DNA from: Euprymna scolopes
Taxonomy: Eukaryota
Assembly: GCA_053919585.1 (NCBI GenBank)
Contig: CM132801.1
Length of the DNA stretch: 64,000 bases
Reading direction: 5' to 3' (one strand)
In this document: one piece after another, positions 1 to 13,539 of the stretch
How positions within the stretch are numbered: position 1 is the stretch's first letter
Layout of the letters: every line of letters begins with the position of its first letter
Program-made: the position numbers and the translations under genes
The notes under the pieces: model-generated
What the model saw: the letters and a program-made list of their open reading frames with translations, nothing else
Told to the model about the DNA's origin: nothing
The model's database searches: none

Positions 1-425
1 TGCAACAGCTAGCATGGCTAGTGGGCAAAATGCCACCAGAATGCTGGATAAAAAGTGCCTTTATTAGTGGGCTACCATACCATGCCAGGGGACTTTTGCG
101 GTCATCAATTAGACCGGATACCATATCATTAAAAGAACTGCTCGAAAGAGCATGCGCCATGTTGGTGGACAACAGGGATGAGGATCTTGCCGCTGCGGTG
201 CAAACTAGACAGCCCCCATACACACACGCCAACACCTGCTTCAGATGTTGGGGCCCAAACCATCTGGCCAGAAACTGCATGCAGCTCAATAGTGGAAGCA
301 ATCAGAGAGATAGATCAACTATGCGCTATTTTTCTTGCAACAAAACAAGGCACCTAGCAAGAGAATGTCCAGGAAATGGGAACAGGGGTGAGACGTCAGC
401 ACCACTCTCTCCCCAGTCAAATTAA
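1..425 (+). pseudogene. gag: gag C-terminus with two CCHC zinc knuckles
   Basis: CFRCWGPNHLARNC and the degenerate YFSCNKTRHLAREC in ORF 21..425. Confidence 0.85.
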
Positions 426-429
426 AATA

Positions 430-2960
430 GGCGCTCCCTGTGATGGAGATCATTGTTAATGACAAGAAGCACATGGTGCTGGTAGATTCTAGATTCTCTC
501 AATCTCTTGTGATGGAATCATTGTGTGGCACCTAAAGTCAGTCAGTATCGGAGGTCCTAACAGTCGATGGTGAAATCCTCGACAGCAAGGGTGTCAGGAC
601 TATCACTTTGGCAATAGAAGATGCAAGCCCTATGAAAGTTGATGTCTGATCATGGATACACCATTATTGGGCTTTGATATGTTAATCAGAATAGATATAA
701 TCAAAATGTTGGGTGGAGTTCACATAACCCGATTCAGTTTTGCTAAAATGGAGCTTTGTGCCTATGCCACGATCAGAATAGAGAAACCAGATCAGTGCTG
801 AGTTCAGTGAGCAAATCAAAGCTTGGACAGTGTCATGGAAATGGTCAAGTAATTAGCCACCCAATGGACTTACCAATAAAGTACCAGAGTATTTGATGTT
901 CAACCAAGTTCGATAGGAGTATCATCATGAATCGGAAACGTAGTGGAGTGATGGATGGCTACTTCCCTATTCTGAGGAAGAGCTTGGTCCCCTGAAAGAC
1001 CTGATTCTATTTATGGCCGTTTTCCAAGGGAATAAGTCCAAGGTGCTCCCAGTGTTGGACTTTCGTGAGCTGAATGAACACATCGAGGCCTACACGGCAC
1101 ATGCCAATGTCTATGCACAAAAGCTAAGAGAATGGAAGAGAAAAGGTTTCAATGTGTCATTATTTGACCTTTGAAGGGCACATCTACAAGTGCGTATGCA
1201 TAAATCCCTGTGGCCATACCAGACTGTGATCTTCAAAGGAAAGAAGTACTGCCTAACGCGCATGGTTTTCGGGCTCAATGTAGCACCATCCGGCATGCGA
1301 CCTATTGTTGAAGCTACACTCTCAAGGAAGAACAATATCTGGCAGGCAGCATCAACGTACATTGACAATGTGTTTATCAACGAGGATGTGGTTTCTGCAA
1401 CTAAAGTGAGACAACATTTGGCTGATTTTGGATTAGCAGAATGGTGCAGGAATGCTTGGCCTATCAGTTTGGGAAAAAGCCAGTAGTCTGGTATGGGAAC
1501 AAGAGAATGAGGTCCCCAGCGTACCTCGTATTCTTACCCAATGAAGTGTGTTCTCATTTTGTGGAAAGTTAGTTGGGCACTTCCCAGTGGTTAAGTGGCT
1601 CAGGGTGGCTGCAGCATTCATTAAAAGGAGAGTAGTGGATGTGACAAAAGGCTTAGATGACAAGGCGACTGACAATCCTTTAACACCGATTGAAGAGATT
1701 GTTGCAAGAGTGCACCAAGAAGACTCTGTATGAGGAAAGTGGTATGTGGATTAATGAGTGAGTTGATGCAAGCTCCTTAACAACTGGAGTATTGCTGGAG
1801 CACAATGGAGCCGCTGTGGAGAACGCAAACTGGTTGCGAAAGGAAAGAGATACGCAGCATATAAATCTGGTGGAGCTCGATGCTGTTCTAAAAGTGATGA
1901 ACATGGCATTCATATGAGAAGCAACTCTGCCTGTGTGCACAAATTGATTACTGTCAACCTCACAGGGAAGGGTAGGGTGTACACTAAAGCAGCGAGTGAA
2001 ATACTGAGTAGACGGCAACTTGATGTGCTCACAAGTTTGGTCAAGGAATATAAACTGTCCATAGATGCAAATGAGATCAGAAGATAACCAAGCTAATGCT
2101 CTAACGAGAATACCACAGCGATGGCTTGATCTCATCAAAAGAGCAGTTGAACCTTTGTACTGTGCAGGAGCCGTGTCACCAAGTAAGTATGACTTTGACT
2201 GGATGAATCTGTCCATCGCCAAAGTGGCCACCCTGGCATAAGATGAACGTTATACTTTGTCAAACATGTGGATCCCACGATACTCAGAGTGTTGGTTAGG
2301 GCTGTGCTTAGATATTGTGAAAAATGCCGGTCGATTGACCCACACTTTGGCAAAAAAGGGAAATTAGACGTTAGCGACACTTGGTTCTGAATGGGAATGG
2401 ATGTAACCTACTACCAAGGCAAACAATATCTGTTGCTCATTGACTGTGGGCCCACGAGGTTCTCTATTTGGCATCATTTTAGACAAAAGGATGCGGCAAG
2501 TATTATCAGCCACCTAGAAGTTTTGTGTTGCAAGTATGGAGCGCAGGCAGAAATACTCCTTGACAATGATACAGTATTCTGCAGCAGGGTTTTTGAGGAC
2601 TTTCTGGATAAATGAAGACTCTGACTGCACTTTCATTGTACATATATCTCCTCCAGCAATGGAGTGTGAAGCAAATTGTGGGAAAGAAACACATAGTGGA
2701 AGTAGTCTGTTGGTAAAATGTTACCCCTAACGATGATGTGTCGCCACTGATTGCCCCAGCTAACCTGATTCATTGCTACTGCATTCAACTGAAGGGGATC
2801 GATGCACTCTCTCCAGACAAGCCCAAACAGCAGCAGAATAGATGTGGGCAATCGTGTCTGGGTGAAGACTCCAAGTGGACGCTGCGTGACCCTTATATGT
2901 GCAGACGCATTACAGGAGTGAAAAGTCCATAAAATGTTCTTGTCGACCGGATGCCTGCCA
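430..2960 (+). pseudogene. pol: pol pseudogene (protease, RT, RNase H, integrase)
   Basis: LVDSRFS at ~479 (decayed DSG); FGLNVAP and YIDN (decayed YxDD) at ~1267-1369; VDASS ~1762 and HINLVELDAV ~1858; HRQSGHPG ~2215, CEKC ~2316, MGMDVT 2391 and LLDNDTVF ~2556. Confidence 0.85.
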
Positions 2961-3286
2961 TGTAAGAGGCTTGCATCCCATCACAGACGAATGTAATTGT
3001 TCTTTTGTGAAGAAGAGAAGAATATGACTGTTGAGGCAAGAGAAGAAGATCAGGTAAAAGTTCTGACCCATTTTTTGTCGTCATAAAATGATATTTAATG
3101 CCCGAGTAGTGTTTAAGGAATGTTAAATTTTGGAAATAACGCCCCAAATACTCATATGTGAAAGTCGATCTCTATTAACACATTATTAGTCAATAAATGA
3201 CAAAGTTCGTTAAAAAATTTTCAGCATTCTCATTAATGCGAGTATTTTTGCTAATTAAAAAAAAATTAATTGTTATTTATAACATA

Positions 3287-4157
3287 CTAGCGAGAATCCC
3301 GGCGTTTCCCGGGTGTTTAGAGGTGTGTGTGTGTGTTGGGGCGGGGTTATGGGGTAAATAAAACCAAAAGAATAAGCGAAGTAATAACCCTGTTTAAATA
3401 TTATATTAAAAAAAAAACGTTAAAACTTCTTTAAAAAAATCGTTGCCCGGGTGTTTGTAGATGTGTGTATTGGAGAGGGATGGTTAAAAAAAGCTTTGGT
3501 AGGTAGGTAGGATCAAACCCAAAGCCTTGAGGCGAAGGTGGAAAATAAAGTGTGAAAAAAACCCTGACATGTTACCCGCTCAGCCAGCAAGAAAGAGTAA
3601 CTGAAACACGTTTGAATTTATTTAAGTATTAAAAACGGAATTGACAGGTGCGCGCGTTTAATGAGGTCAAATAAAAATAGCGCAGTTAACTTTTACTGCG
3701 GGACAGTTTTTTGGGGTTTGTTTTCTCAACTTTGGCTGGTTTTGTTTCCCTAAGATGTTGAGGCAGGAGGAAACCAGCTCACCATAAAAACAGGATTGAA
3801 TAACAATCGTCTGATATAAGGAGTTTCCTCCGCATTGATCAAAAGCTGATTACTTTCTGGACGTTCCCGGTGTGATTGCTGGGAACAATGTCTTAGCTTC
3901 AAATTAGTTTTGCTTTTATACGAAAAAGCCAAACGAACAAAAGAGGGGCCGAAATAGCAAGAATTTTGTAAAGGTCGATGTAAATAAATCTAGATGCAAC
4001 GTGCGTTTGCAAATCATACATATTATGATCTATGGGGTATGTAAACAGTTGTAAGATATAGTAAACCCCCCACCCTTCCGCCGAGAAGCCTGGCAAAAAA
4101 GCCTTTGTTGAACATACAAAAACTCACGTGCCTGTTTTGCCTTTTATATATATATAT
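3287..4157 (-). mobile_element. Non-autonomous Helitron
   Basis: The minus strand ends CCCGGGAAACGCCGGG (hairpin), then ATTCTCG-CTAG|T; the other end runs into (TA)n. The flanks (3080-3286 and 4233 onward) are contiguous in the paralogous intron near 7745, which is the empty site. Confidence 0.75.
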
Positions 4158-4172
4158 AAATAACACTTTCAA

Positions 4173-4232
<60 letters not shown>
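4145..4232. repeat. (TA)n microsatellite with a duplicated ~22-bp host motif (aaataacactttcaaaatttta)
   Basis: Directly visible. Confidence 0.95.
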
Positions 4233-4238
<6 letters not shown>

Positions 4239-4861
4239 CACTTTCAAAATTTTAAACATTAGCCTTGGATTGGCCTATTAAAATGTCCAGTTAAAAACGC
4301 TTAGAATTTAATAAATGAAATATTATTCCTGATCAAGTATTAACAGTTGATGAAATAGTTAAAGACAGATAGAAAAAAATGTATTGTAAAAGACAGTTAC
4401 AATCATAGCCAACATACTTATCACAGCGATGAGAATAGATTAGAATGAATAAGTAGTTGGTCATAAAAATGTAAAATAAAAATTATTAAATATATTCTTT
4501 TTCATTGTTTGCTAAAAATATCATGGAAATCATTTTAAAAATGTATTTACAATGCTTATAAGAAACCATCTAATTACAAATAAATCAATGCTAACTTAAA
4601 TGTAACAACAATAGCTGTAATTGAAAATTGAAATTATCTTGTCATGCATTTTAAATAAAACATGTTTATTAAAATTAATTGATGAAATCTTCATTCGTGT
4701 AGCATATTTCATAATCACATTTAATTACACAAGCATATTCACAAGCAGGCCTGCACACTTATCAATATATATACTGTGTTAATAGCAATATAATATATTA
4801 CACATAAAAACATGTAAATATTATTCAATTTGTTTTTAGCGGTAATAATAGTTATACTCGT

Positions 4862-4891
4862 ATCTATGTGGACAAAACTGCTCAAATACTT
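4862..4891 (-). pseudogene. Remnant 3' end of a deleted VWA exon with a dead donor site
   Basis: tggacaaaactgctcaaatactt matches the end of type A exons; G|GTAGAT is changed to C|ATAGAT. Confidence 0.75.
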
Positions 4892-5549
4892 TAAATTATC
4901 TCATAAATTCCACCATGATTCTTGAGTTGCTTATTACAATTCACACTTGAACACGCTTAGGATTTTGAAAATCAGATATTATTCCTGATAGTGTATGTAC
5001 AATTGAAACAAGTAGTTGAAGAAGGATAGAGACAGAAATCGATTGTAAAAGAATATTATAAGAATAAGAAAACATTTATCATATTGAAAGAATAAATTAA
5101 AAGAGAGAGAATAAATTAAAAGAGAAAGCATAGAATCATTAAAACGTAAACAAAAATATACAAAAAATGTGTATGTATTACTAAAATAGATTAAAGAATT
5201 AAAGAAGTCATTGTTAAAATGTTTTTGTAATGTTTGGTAAATAATATCATCTTAAAAATGACGTAATGTTAGCTGTAATAAAACAGCAACAGTTCATTAA
5301 ACCAAGACAGTAATTGAAAATTGTAATAATCTTTGATATTGTATGCAGTTTTAATAAACATCATTTATAAACATGGTGTGATGATATTATTCAGAAAGCG
5401 TATTTCATTATCACATTTAAATTACACAAGCATATTCACATGCACACCTGCATACACTTCATTATATTTATTACATTGTTTATTATTGTTATTACATAAA
5501 TCCAATTGAATTTGCTTTAGCAAAGAAAAAGCTTCATGCTCATATCTAC

Positions 5550-6119
5550 CTGGACAAAACTGCTCAAATACTTCATCTTTCAAAACAGAAAGTTCTTCGA
5601 AACCGTTCACCACAAACATATTCTCAGAAATTGGTGCTGATACAATCTGGCCCAATTCAGTCGTGTCTTTTAATCCAATTCCAATACCATAGATGAAGAT
5701 GTTGTCAGCTCTAACCTTTTCAGCTTCAGGAATTGTATCAAACGCATTTACATTTGATACACCATCCGTGATAAGAATAGCAATATTTGGTACTGAAGGT
5801 CTGTCTCCATTCTGTTGTGTAAACATTTGAGTGCGCATAACGTTGAGTCCACCAAAAGTATTTGTACTGCCATAAACATATTGGATCTTCTTTACTGCAT
5901 CTATGATATCTTGTTTTCTGTTATACTCATTCAAGTTGAACTGAATTTCCACATCTGTGCTGTATAGTACAGCACCAAATCGCATATTGCCACTGTCTAT
6001 GTCAGCAACAGATACAAAATCAACAATGAAATCTAACATTTTCTCAAAGTTTGTTGCAGTAACACTAGTGGACGAGTCCAAAATGAAGATGATGTCAGAC
6101 TGAGCATTGGTACATCCAC
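5550..6119 (-). CDS. VWA exon, type A (17th in transcript order)
   Basis: TAG|GT GGA TGT ... TGT CCA G|GTAGAT; 570 nt; DSSTS/T/TDG MIDAS. Confidence 0.93.
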
Positions 6120-7015
6120 CTAAATAATATTGACATAACCAATCACTCAAAAAGAACATTGAAAAATATACTTAGAACACAAACACACATTTACAACCAC
6201 TTGAGACATAACATGACATATATAACCACTTAAAAACAAAACAAAACATATACAGTTGCTGTTCTAAATTTCATCTTGCTGTATTTCTCTCATTTGTTTG
6301 TGGAAAATGTTTTATAAAATTTTATACATGAATATAAACTTACGAAACTTTGGTACTATTAATATTAGAATTTTAATCATCATTTTAATAACAATATAAA
6401 TTTCACACTATTTTATTCCGTTTTTTTTTTTATAGAAACAATTGAATGTTAATTTAACTATATTAACATTTTATTCCATACTATAGTAAATATATAGACG
6501 TCAGGGCATCTTAGAACAATGATAACACGAACAGAAAGGTATTGAAGAAAAGAAAGAATGAGACCAAGCCACAACGGCAGTGACAGAAAAAAAATAAACA
6601 AAAACACTATTAAACATTAATTCCAAATCTATAATTAGATTAGTTTAAAATAACATTTTCGATGTAAAACTCTAATGACAACCAATCTGTACATTTAAGA
6701 AATTAACAGAAAATATCATATATATATATTACGATGAATGGTATAATATTTAATAATTCAATTATTTGTAAGCAAATTTGAATACATCATATAATTACAA
6801 TGTTAAACATAATAACTTATTACTTATAATAATTTGCATAAATAAAAATATGGTCAAAAATTTATTTTATTATAATATTAACCATTATTGGTTATAAAAA
6901 CAATATTAATTATATTAAGGTATATTTTTTAAGTATAAATGATGTAATAATAATGTTTAGGTGTTAGTTTTATATTCATATAAGTGTAAAGAAAATATAT
7001 ATGCAATGATCTCAC

Positions 7016-7084
7016 CTCTTTTAGGAGGAACTGCAGTGATTGGAAATCGAATCACTGGTGTCAGAGATGGTTGTATGGCACCTC
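7016..7084 (-). CDS. 69-nt linker exon GGAIQPSLTPVIRFPITAVPPKR(G)
   Basis: TTTTCTATAAAG| ... AGAG|GTGAGA; phase 1-1; conserved in 7 copies. Confidence 0.88.
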
Positions 7085-8369
7085 CTTTATAGAAAATAAA
7101 ACATATCAACATCTATATATCTGTTTATATTTGCAATTATATAAAAGTTAAATGTATCCATACAACCACATGCCCATCTACTCACTTGAAGCAAGACACA
7201 CCAGGAAAAAATAAATGTGCCACTATATTCACTAGTATCTTTGATATGATAATTAGTATCTCTGCTGTTAAAATATTTTAAAGAAAATTATGCATCGTTT
7301 ATTACAAAATATGAAAGTGTGAAATAGTTTCTTAAATTGCACTTTTAATTGAAAACACATAATATAAAAGCTGCTCGGCAAACATTATCTATTTATGTAC
7401 GAGCATAAAGTGTCTATATTATACATCACATACATATAAGAGTCTATGAAGTTTTTAATTCTCTGAAAATGTTTTATACAATGTATCTTTTTTTAAAATG
7501 TGTCACATTTTATCTTGCCACTGTCGATTCATATGTTTCTAAATCTTGTATAAAATAATCTTCAACGCCTAAGACGTGTTTTAAATATGTTTAATTTTAG
7601 AAATTAGACCCCAAATACTCATATATGAAAATTGATCCCTATCAGCACATAATTAGTCAATAAGTGGCAAAGCTCGTTTTAAAAAAATGAAGCAATCTCT
7701 TTAATTCGAGTAATAAAAATAACTTAATTGGTGTTTATAACATATAATACTTTCAGTATTTTAACCATTAGTTATGAATTGCTTATTTCAATTTACATGT
7801 GAAATACGCTTAGAATTTAGCAAATGGAATATTTGCCCAATCAAGTATTTACAATTTAAAGGAGTAGTTAAAAATGATAGAAAAAAAAGGTATTGTAAAA
7901 GACAGTTACAATCAAAGCAAACACATTTATCACAGTGATGAGAATAGATGAGAATAAGAATGCAAATCGTCCTTAAAATCTAAGAAAATTATTAAGTATA
8001 ATTTTATCTATCAACAAGTTTAAAATATCTTGGAAATCATTTTAAAAATGTATTTACAATGTTTATAAGAAATCATCTAATTACAAATAAAGTCAATGTT
8101 AACTTTAATGTAACAATAATAATTGTACTTGAAAATTGAAATTATCTTGTCATGCATTTTAAATAAAACATGTTTATTAAAATTAATTGATGAAATCTTC
8201 ATTCGTGTAGCATATTTCATAATCACATTTAATTACACAAGCATATTCACAAGCAGGCCTGCACACTTATTAACATATATACTGTGTTAATAGCAATATA
8301 ATATATTACACATAAAAAAATGTAAATATTAATCGATTTGTTTTTAGCGGTAATAATAGTTATACTCGT

Positions 8370-8399
8370 ATCTATGTGGACAAAACTGCTCAAATACTT
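8370..8399 (-). pseudogene. Second copy of the deleted-VWA-exon remnant
   Basis: Same sequence as 4862-4891, offset by 3508 bp. Confidence 0.75.
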
Positions 8400-9050
8400 T
8401 AAATTATCTCATAAATTCCACCATGATTCTTGAGTTGCTTATTACAATTCACACTTGAACACGCTTAGGATTTTGAAAATCAGATATTATTCCTGATAGT
8501 GTATGTACAATTGAAACAAGTAGTTGAAGAAGGATAGAGACAGAAATCGATTGTAAAAGAATATTATAATAAGAAAACATTTATCATATTGAAAGAATAA
8601 ATTAAAAGAGAGAGAATAAATTAAATGAGAAAGCATAGAATCATTAAAACGTAAACAAAATATACAAAAAATGTGTATGCATTAATAGATTGAGAATTAA
8701 AGAAGTCATTCTTAAAATGCTTTTACAATGATATCATCTTAAAAATGACGTAATGTTAGCTGTAATAAAACAGCAACAGTTCATTAAACCTATACAGTAA
8801 TTGAAAATTGTAATTATCTCTGACATTTCATGCAGTTTAAATAAATATATAAACATTGTTTGCTGAAATCTTCATTCATGTAGCACATTTCATTATCACA
8901 TTTAAATTACACTAACATATTCACAAGCACACATGCATGCACTTCATTATATATATTATATTGTTTAATATTAAAATGTAAATGAAATTTGATTTGATTT
9001 AGCAAAGTTAAAAAGCATCATCAAGTGATATTATTCATGCTCATATCTAC

Positions 9051-9620
9051 CTGGACAAAACTGCTCAAATACTTCATCTTTCAAAACAGAAAGTTCATCG
9101 AAACCGTTCACTATAAACATATTCTCAGAAATTGGTGCTGATACAATCTGGCCCAATTCAGTAGTATCAGCTAATCCAATTCCAATACCATAGATGAAGA
9201 TGTTGTCAGCTCTAACCTTTTCAGCTTCAGGAATTGTATCAAACGCATTTACATTTGATACACCATCCGTGATAAGAATAGCAATATTTGGTACTGAAGG
9301 TCTGTCTCCATTCTGTTGTGTAAACATTTGAGTGCGCATAACATTGAGTCCACCAAAAGTATTTGTACTGCCATAAACATATTGGATCTTCTTTACTGCA
9401 TCTATGATATCTTGTTTTCTGTTATACTCATTCAAGTTGAACTGAATTTCCACATCTGTGCTGTATAGTACAGCACCAAATCGCATATTGCCACTGTCTA
9501 TGTCAGCAACGGATACAAAATCAACAATGAAATCTAACATTTTCTCAAAGTTTACTGCAGTAACACTAGTGGACGAGTCCAAAATGAAGACGATGTCAGA
9601 CTGAGCATTGGTACATCCAC
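9051..9620 (-). CDS. VWA exon, type A
   Basis: 570 nt, TAG|...|GTAGAT, intact MIDAS. Confidence 0.93.
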
Positions 9621-10031
9621 CTAAAGAACATCGATATAATCAATCAACCAAGAAGAACATTGAGAAATATGGCAACATATATATACCACTTGAAATGCAG
9701 AACACACATTCACAAGTACTTGGAACGCAACATAACATATACAGCCATTGAAAACAAAAGTTAACATGAACGGTCACATGTAGCTACTCTTGTATATTTT
9801 ACATTTTTAGTGTAAATTAAGTATCTCCGTTGTCTTAAAAATATTTTATTTTATTAAAAACCTTATCATGGTAATATCAAAATCCTATTTTTCACTAGAA
9901 ACTCATTAAAAAAAAAATAGTAATTAAATTGTTTCAGCATAGAATGTAAAATTATAAATTTTTTCTTATACCGAAAGTTGACCTCATCAGGCGAGACCAT
10001 TTATTCACATCTCTGTGCCAAGAGTAAAAAT

Positions 10032-10184
10032 NNNNNNNNNNNNNNNNNNNNNNNNNNNNNNNNNNNNNNNNNNNNNNNNNNNNNNNNNNNNNNNNNNNNN
10101 NNNNNNNNNNNNNNNNNNNNNNNNNNNNNNNNNNNNNNNNNNNNNNNNNNNNNNNNNNNNNNNNNNNNNNNNNNNNNNNNNNNN
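10032..10184. other. Assembly gap
   Basis: Run of N. Confidence 1.
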
Positions 10185-10300
10185 TTGCTTTTTTGTTCAC
10201 AATTTGGTTAATATGTACTGAAAATACGATGATTCACGAATAGATTTTAATACTGAAAACCAATTCTTCTATACTTTTATTCTTGCATAATTTCGATATA

Positions 10301-10514
10301 CAGGGTGACCCCCCAAAAAACAAAAGCTAAATGGAGGCCATCTAGAACATATGCCGTAGAACGGAGAAAAAAAGGCCAAAGACCCTGGTGTTTTGATGTG
10401 ATGTGATGTTTTGAATATAATAAACTAGTTATGACCAAAGTTTAATTTCATTCGGACAAAACACTAAGAAACGGGCCCTAATTAGAGTTGGGGCCGTTTT
10501 TTTTGGTCACCCTG
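10301..10514. mobile_element. Tc1/mariner-derived MITE (214 bp)
   Basis: TA|CAGGGTGACC...AAAAAA at the left end and TTTTTTGGTCACCCTG|TA at the right: terminal inverted repeats with a TA target duplication. Confidence 0.85.
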
Positions 10515-10959
10515 TATACAATTTATTCAAAAGTAATCATAATTCAAAACGTTATCTAATTTGCATATTAAATTAAAGAAAATCTGTTTTAACAAGTGGC
10601 TCTAAATTTCTCATAAAAAATAGTAATAGAATTGTTTTAAATATTCTATTTAGAAATATTATATAAAGTTATTTAATTTATTTTTTTATTTAGTTTACAT
10701 TTAAGTTATTTTAATTATTAGTATATAACTCAAATCAGCTGCATTTAAAAAGGGAAGTAAGTTTTCATTTGACCGATAAGTTATTTCCCTTTAACCAGTG
10801 AGATTTTATTTCCCTGTTTGAATTTCATAGATGAAGATGACTTTGTTTAATGCTTCCAAAAATCCAAACTATAATCACATTTTAGAAAAATCGTAACAAC
10901 TTAGGATATTTGGTGTATCTTAAATAGTATTGACTAAACCCTCCGCCTGGAAATATGTT

Positions 10960-10990
10960 TTTCACCTGTAATGCCGAGTATGTAAAGCTA

Positions 10991-11056
<66 letters not shown>
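10960..11056 (+). repeat. Degenerate Helitron-like 3' end (...aatgccgagtatgtaaagCTAG|T) followed by (TA)n
   Basis: CTAG at 10988-10991 abuts (TA)n, and the upstream sequence resembles the other Helitron ends. The hairpin is decayed. Confidence 0.45.
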
Positions 11057-11060
<4 letters not shown>

Positions 11061-11291
11061 AAGTTTAAATGTACTTATAAAATAAACTTAAAACCAATAT
11101 TTCTTTAAAAGTGCCCGATACTAGTAGTAATTAGAGCTTTATGAATATTTTTGTATAGATATTCCATTTTTTATACAATTGCAATTGTGTTTCAGTGATT
11201 ATATTTTGCTTGAGCTAAAAATAATTTAATAATTTATGATTGATTACATTTTCGTAAGTATGTGTATATATGTATTATGTAACTGAATATA

Positions 11292-11339
<48 letters not shown>

Positions 11340-11347
<8 letters not shown>

Positions 11348-12090
11348 AAGTTGAACGTCTGTGTGTGTGTCTGGTCATGAATAGGCTCTTATATGGTTGA
11401 CTATTATAGAAAGCTGATCACATATAATGATAGAAGATGTATCGAGACACAGGAATGGGTATGTTTGATCTGGTATAATGATGATTCATTAAAATTGTGG
11501 GGGCTGCGTACGCGCTTGGTCCACAAAGTATGGAAATAAAAAATAAAAAAAATAAAAAAAAACGTTTACAAGTGTTTTTGATATAGATATACACAATAAT
11601 ACTTTGATAAGTATGTTTTAACTTAAATAGGGATGATATAATAAAATTGTGGGGTGTGCGTTCACGCTTGGCCTCCATAGAATGGAAATATACACAAATT
11701 TTAATAAAGACTTTTCATATCTATCTGCGTAAGTTTTGATAATAATGTTTCAGTTTGAAGAAATATAGCATAATAAAATTATGGGGTGTTCGTTCGCGCA
11801 TGACCTCCATAGAATGGAAATATGTCACAAAGTTTAACAAGGTTTTTTTAATATAGATCCACAGAATATTGTGATAAGTGTTTCGGTGTGAACAGGTATG
11901 GTATAATAAATTATGAGGTTTATCTATTTTATTTTTACTTTCATCATATTTTGCATTGGTTTTGATACCCCCAAATTCAAAGCTATCTCTTTACAACCCT
12001 TTCTTTTCATAACCTATCATACTTTCATAAATCAGAGTCCATTTTCTGTAGGCTGTTTTTGAACCCAGTCAACGACGGGTACTTTTGCTA

Positions 12091-12091
<1 letters not shown>
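11340..12091 (+). mobile_element. Non-autonomous Helitron embedded in (TA)n, with internal ~130-150-bp tandem repeats
   Basis: 3' hairpin ACCCAGTCAACGACGGGT, then CTAG|T at 12088-12092; flanked by (TA)n on both sides; repeat units begin near 11491, 11643 and 11775. Confidence 0.75.
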
Positions 12092-12142
<51 letters not shown>

Positions 12143-12940
12143 TATATAAAACAGAGAAGATAAATTACATTTTTTACATAAGTTTTGTGTTATTTTTATT
12201 TTTTCAACAAATGTTTATCGATACCATTTTTGTGACTCAAAAAAGAGTTCATGAAGGGAAAAAAACAGTTTTTTAACAACATTGTTTAATTATTTCTATT
12301 TGTATCTGAAAATTCATTTGAGCATATCTGACCTTAATTCGTCTTATTTGTGATATGTCACACCTATCTATAAAAGAACAGATATTGACAAATCAATGAT
12401 CATATTAATTTCAGAATATAAGTCAGTGTGAAAATAATACACACTATTTTAAACTATTTTCAGCTAAAAAACTGAATGTAAATATGTTGAGATATTTATT
12501 CATATTATTGTAAAATAAAATAGATGGTAGAACATCTTAAAACTATGACAACACAAACGAAAAGATATTACCTGAATGCAATTAAGACAAAAAGGGACAT
12601 AACAAAGACACAAAACATTCTTAATTACGATACAGCAACAAAATTGAACAGAAAACCATAAAAAATTGGCATTGATACATATAAAAAGTGTAAATAGCAT
12701 TGGCATGAAAAAGAGATTGTTGCATTTAAGAGATGAACAGAGGACAAAATATTCATTTACTACAATGAATTATAGAATCTTTTTTTATTTTTATAATTAC
12801 ACGTTTTGCAGAGTTACCAATTATGCATATATTAATGGAAGTTATTTAATTTTAATATTAATCATTATTCAAGATATCAAACGTAGTGTTCTAAATAACC
12901 AATTATGATAATTATAATCATGTACTTTTTTTTGGTGACA

Positions 12941-13005
12941 TATAATTATTGACGTATCTGCTTATATATTCTTATATAATTATTGACGTATCTGCTTATA
13001 TATTC
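12941..13005. repeat. 34-bp tandem duplication
   Basis: tataattattgacgtatctgcttatatattc occurs twice, about 40 bp into the intron after the linker donor. Confidence 0.9.
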
Positions 13006-13045
13006 ATTTGTAGATATGTAAAGAAGATATATGCAATGATCTCAC

Positions 13046-13114
13046 CTCTTCTGGGAGGGACTGCAGTGATTGGAAATCGAATCACTGGTGTCCGAGATGG
13101 TTGTATGGCACCTC
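13046..13114 (-). CDS. 69-nt linker exon GGAIQPSRTPVIRFPITAVPPRR(G)
   Basis: AAG|...AGAG|GTGAGA; phase 1-1. Confidence 0.88.
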
Positions 13115-13539
13115 CTTTATAGAAAAAAACAAGTAAACACCTTTATGTCTGTTTATATGTACAAGTATATAAAAGTGAAATGTCTGCGCATAAACACATG
13201 CACATCTACTCGCTTGTAGTAGAGAATAATATAAAAGACGAATATACATATATATGTTCAAGTGTCATTACTATGATAGGTATTAGCTCCTGTATATAAA
13301 CTTTTCAAATTGAAAACTACTTAACATTTTATTTACAACTTTAAAACATGTAATAATTTAGCAAATTATCTATTATATTAAATGCTAACAGCATATAGTT
13401 TGCTCAACAAAGAGTATTAAAAATTTCCACTGATTTATATTCTATCCCTGAGTTTATTGTAAACATCTTTTGTCAACTAAATCCAATAGTCATATTTTAA
13501 AGAAGATTGCTGGTTAACACCGAAATTGCTTGTCTTTAA

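Larger units (their letters stand above)
1..3060 (+). mobile_element. Decayed LTR-type retrotransposon internal region (gag-PR-RT-RH-INT order, Ty3/Gypsy-like arrangement), 5' end outside the window
   Basis: Higher-GC block carrying zinc knuckle, protease, RT, RNase H and integrase motifs broken by stops and frameshifts. No LTR recognised. Host-intron homology resumes at about 3080. Confidence 0.9.

Noticed and set aside
3000-3080. Polypurine tract and 3' LTR of the retrotransposon
   Set aside because: A purine-rich stretch exists, but host-intron homology starts almost immediately and no second LTR is available for comparison.
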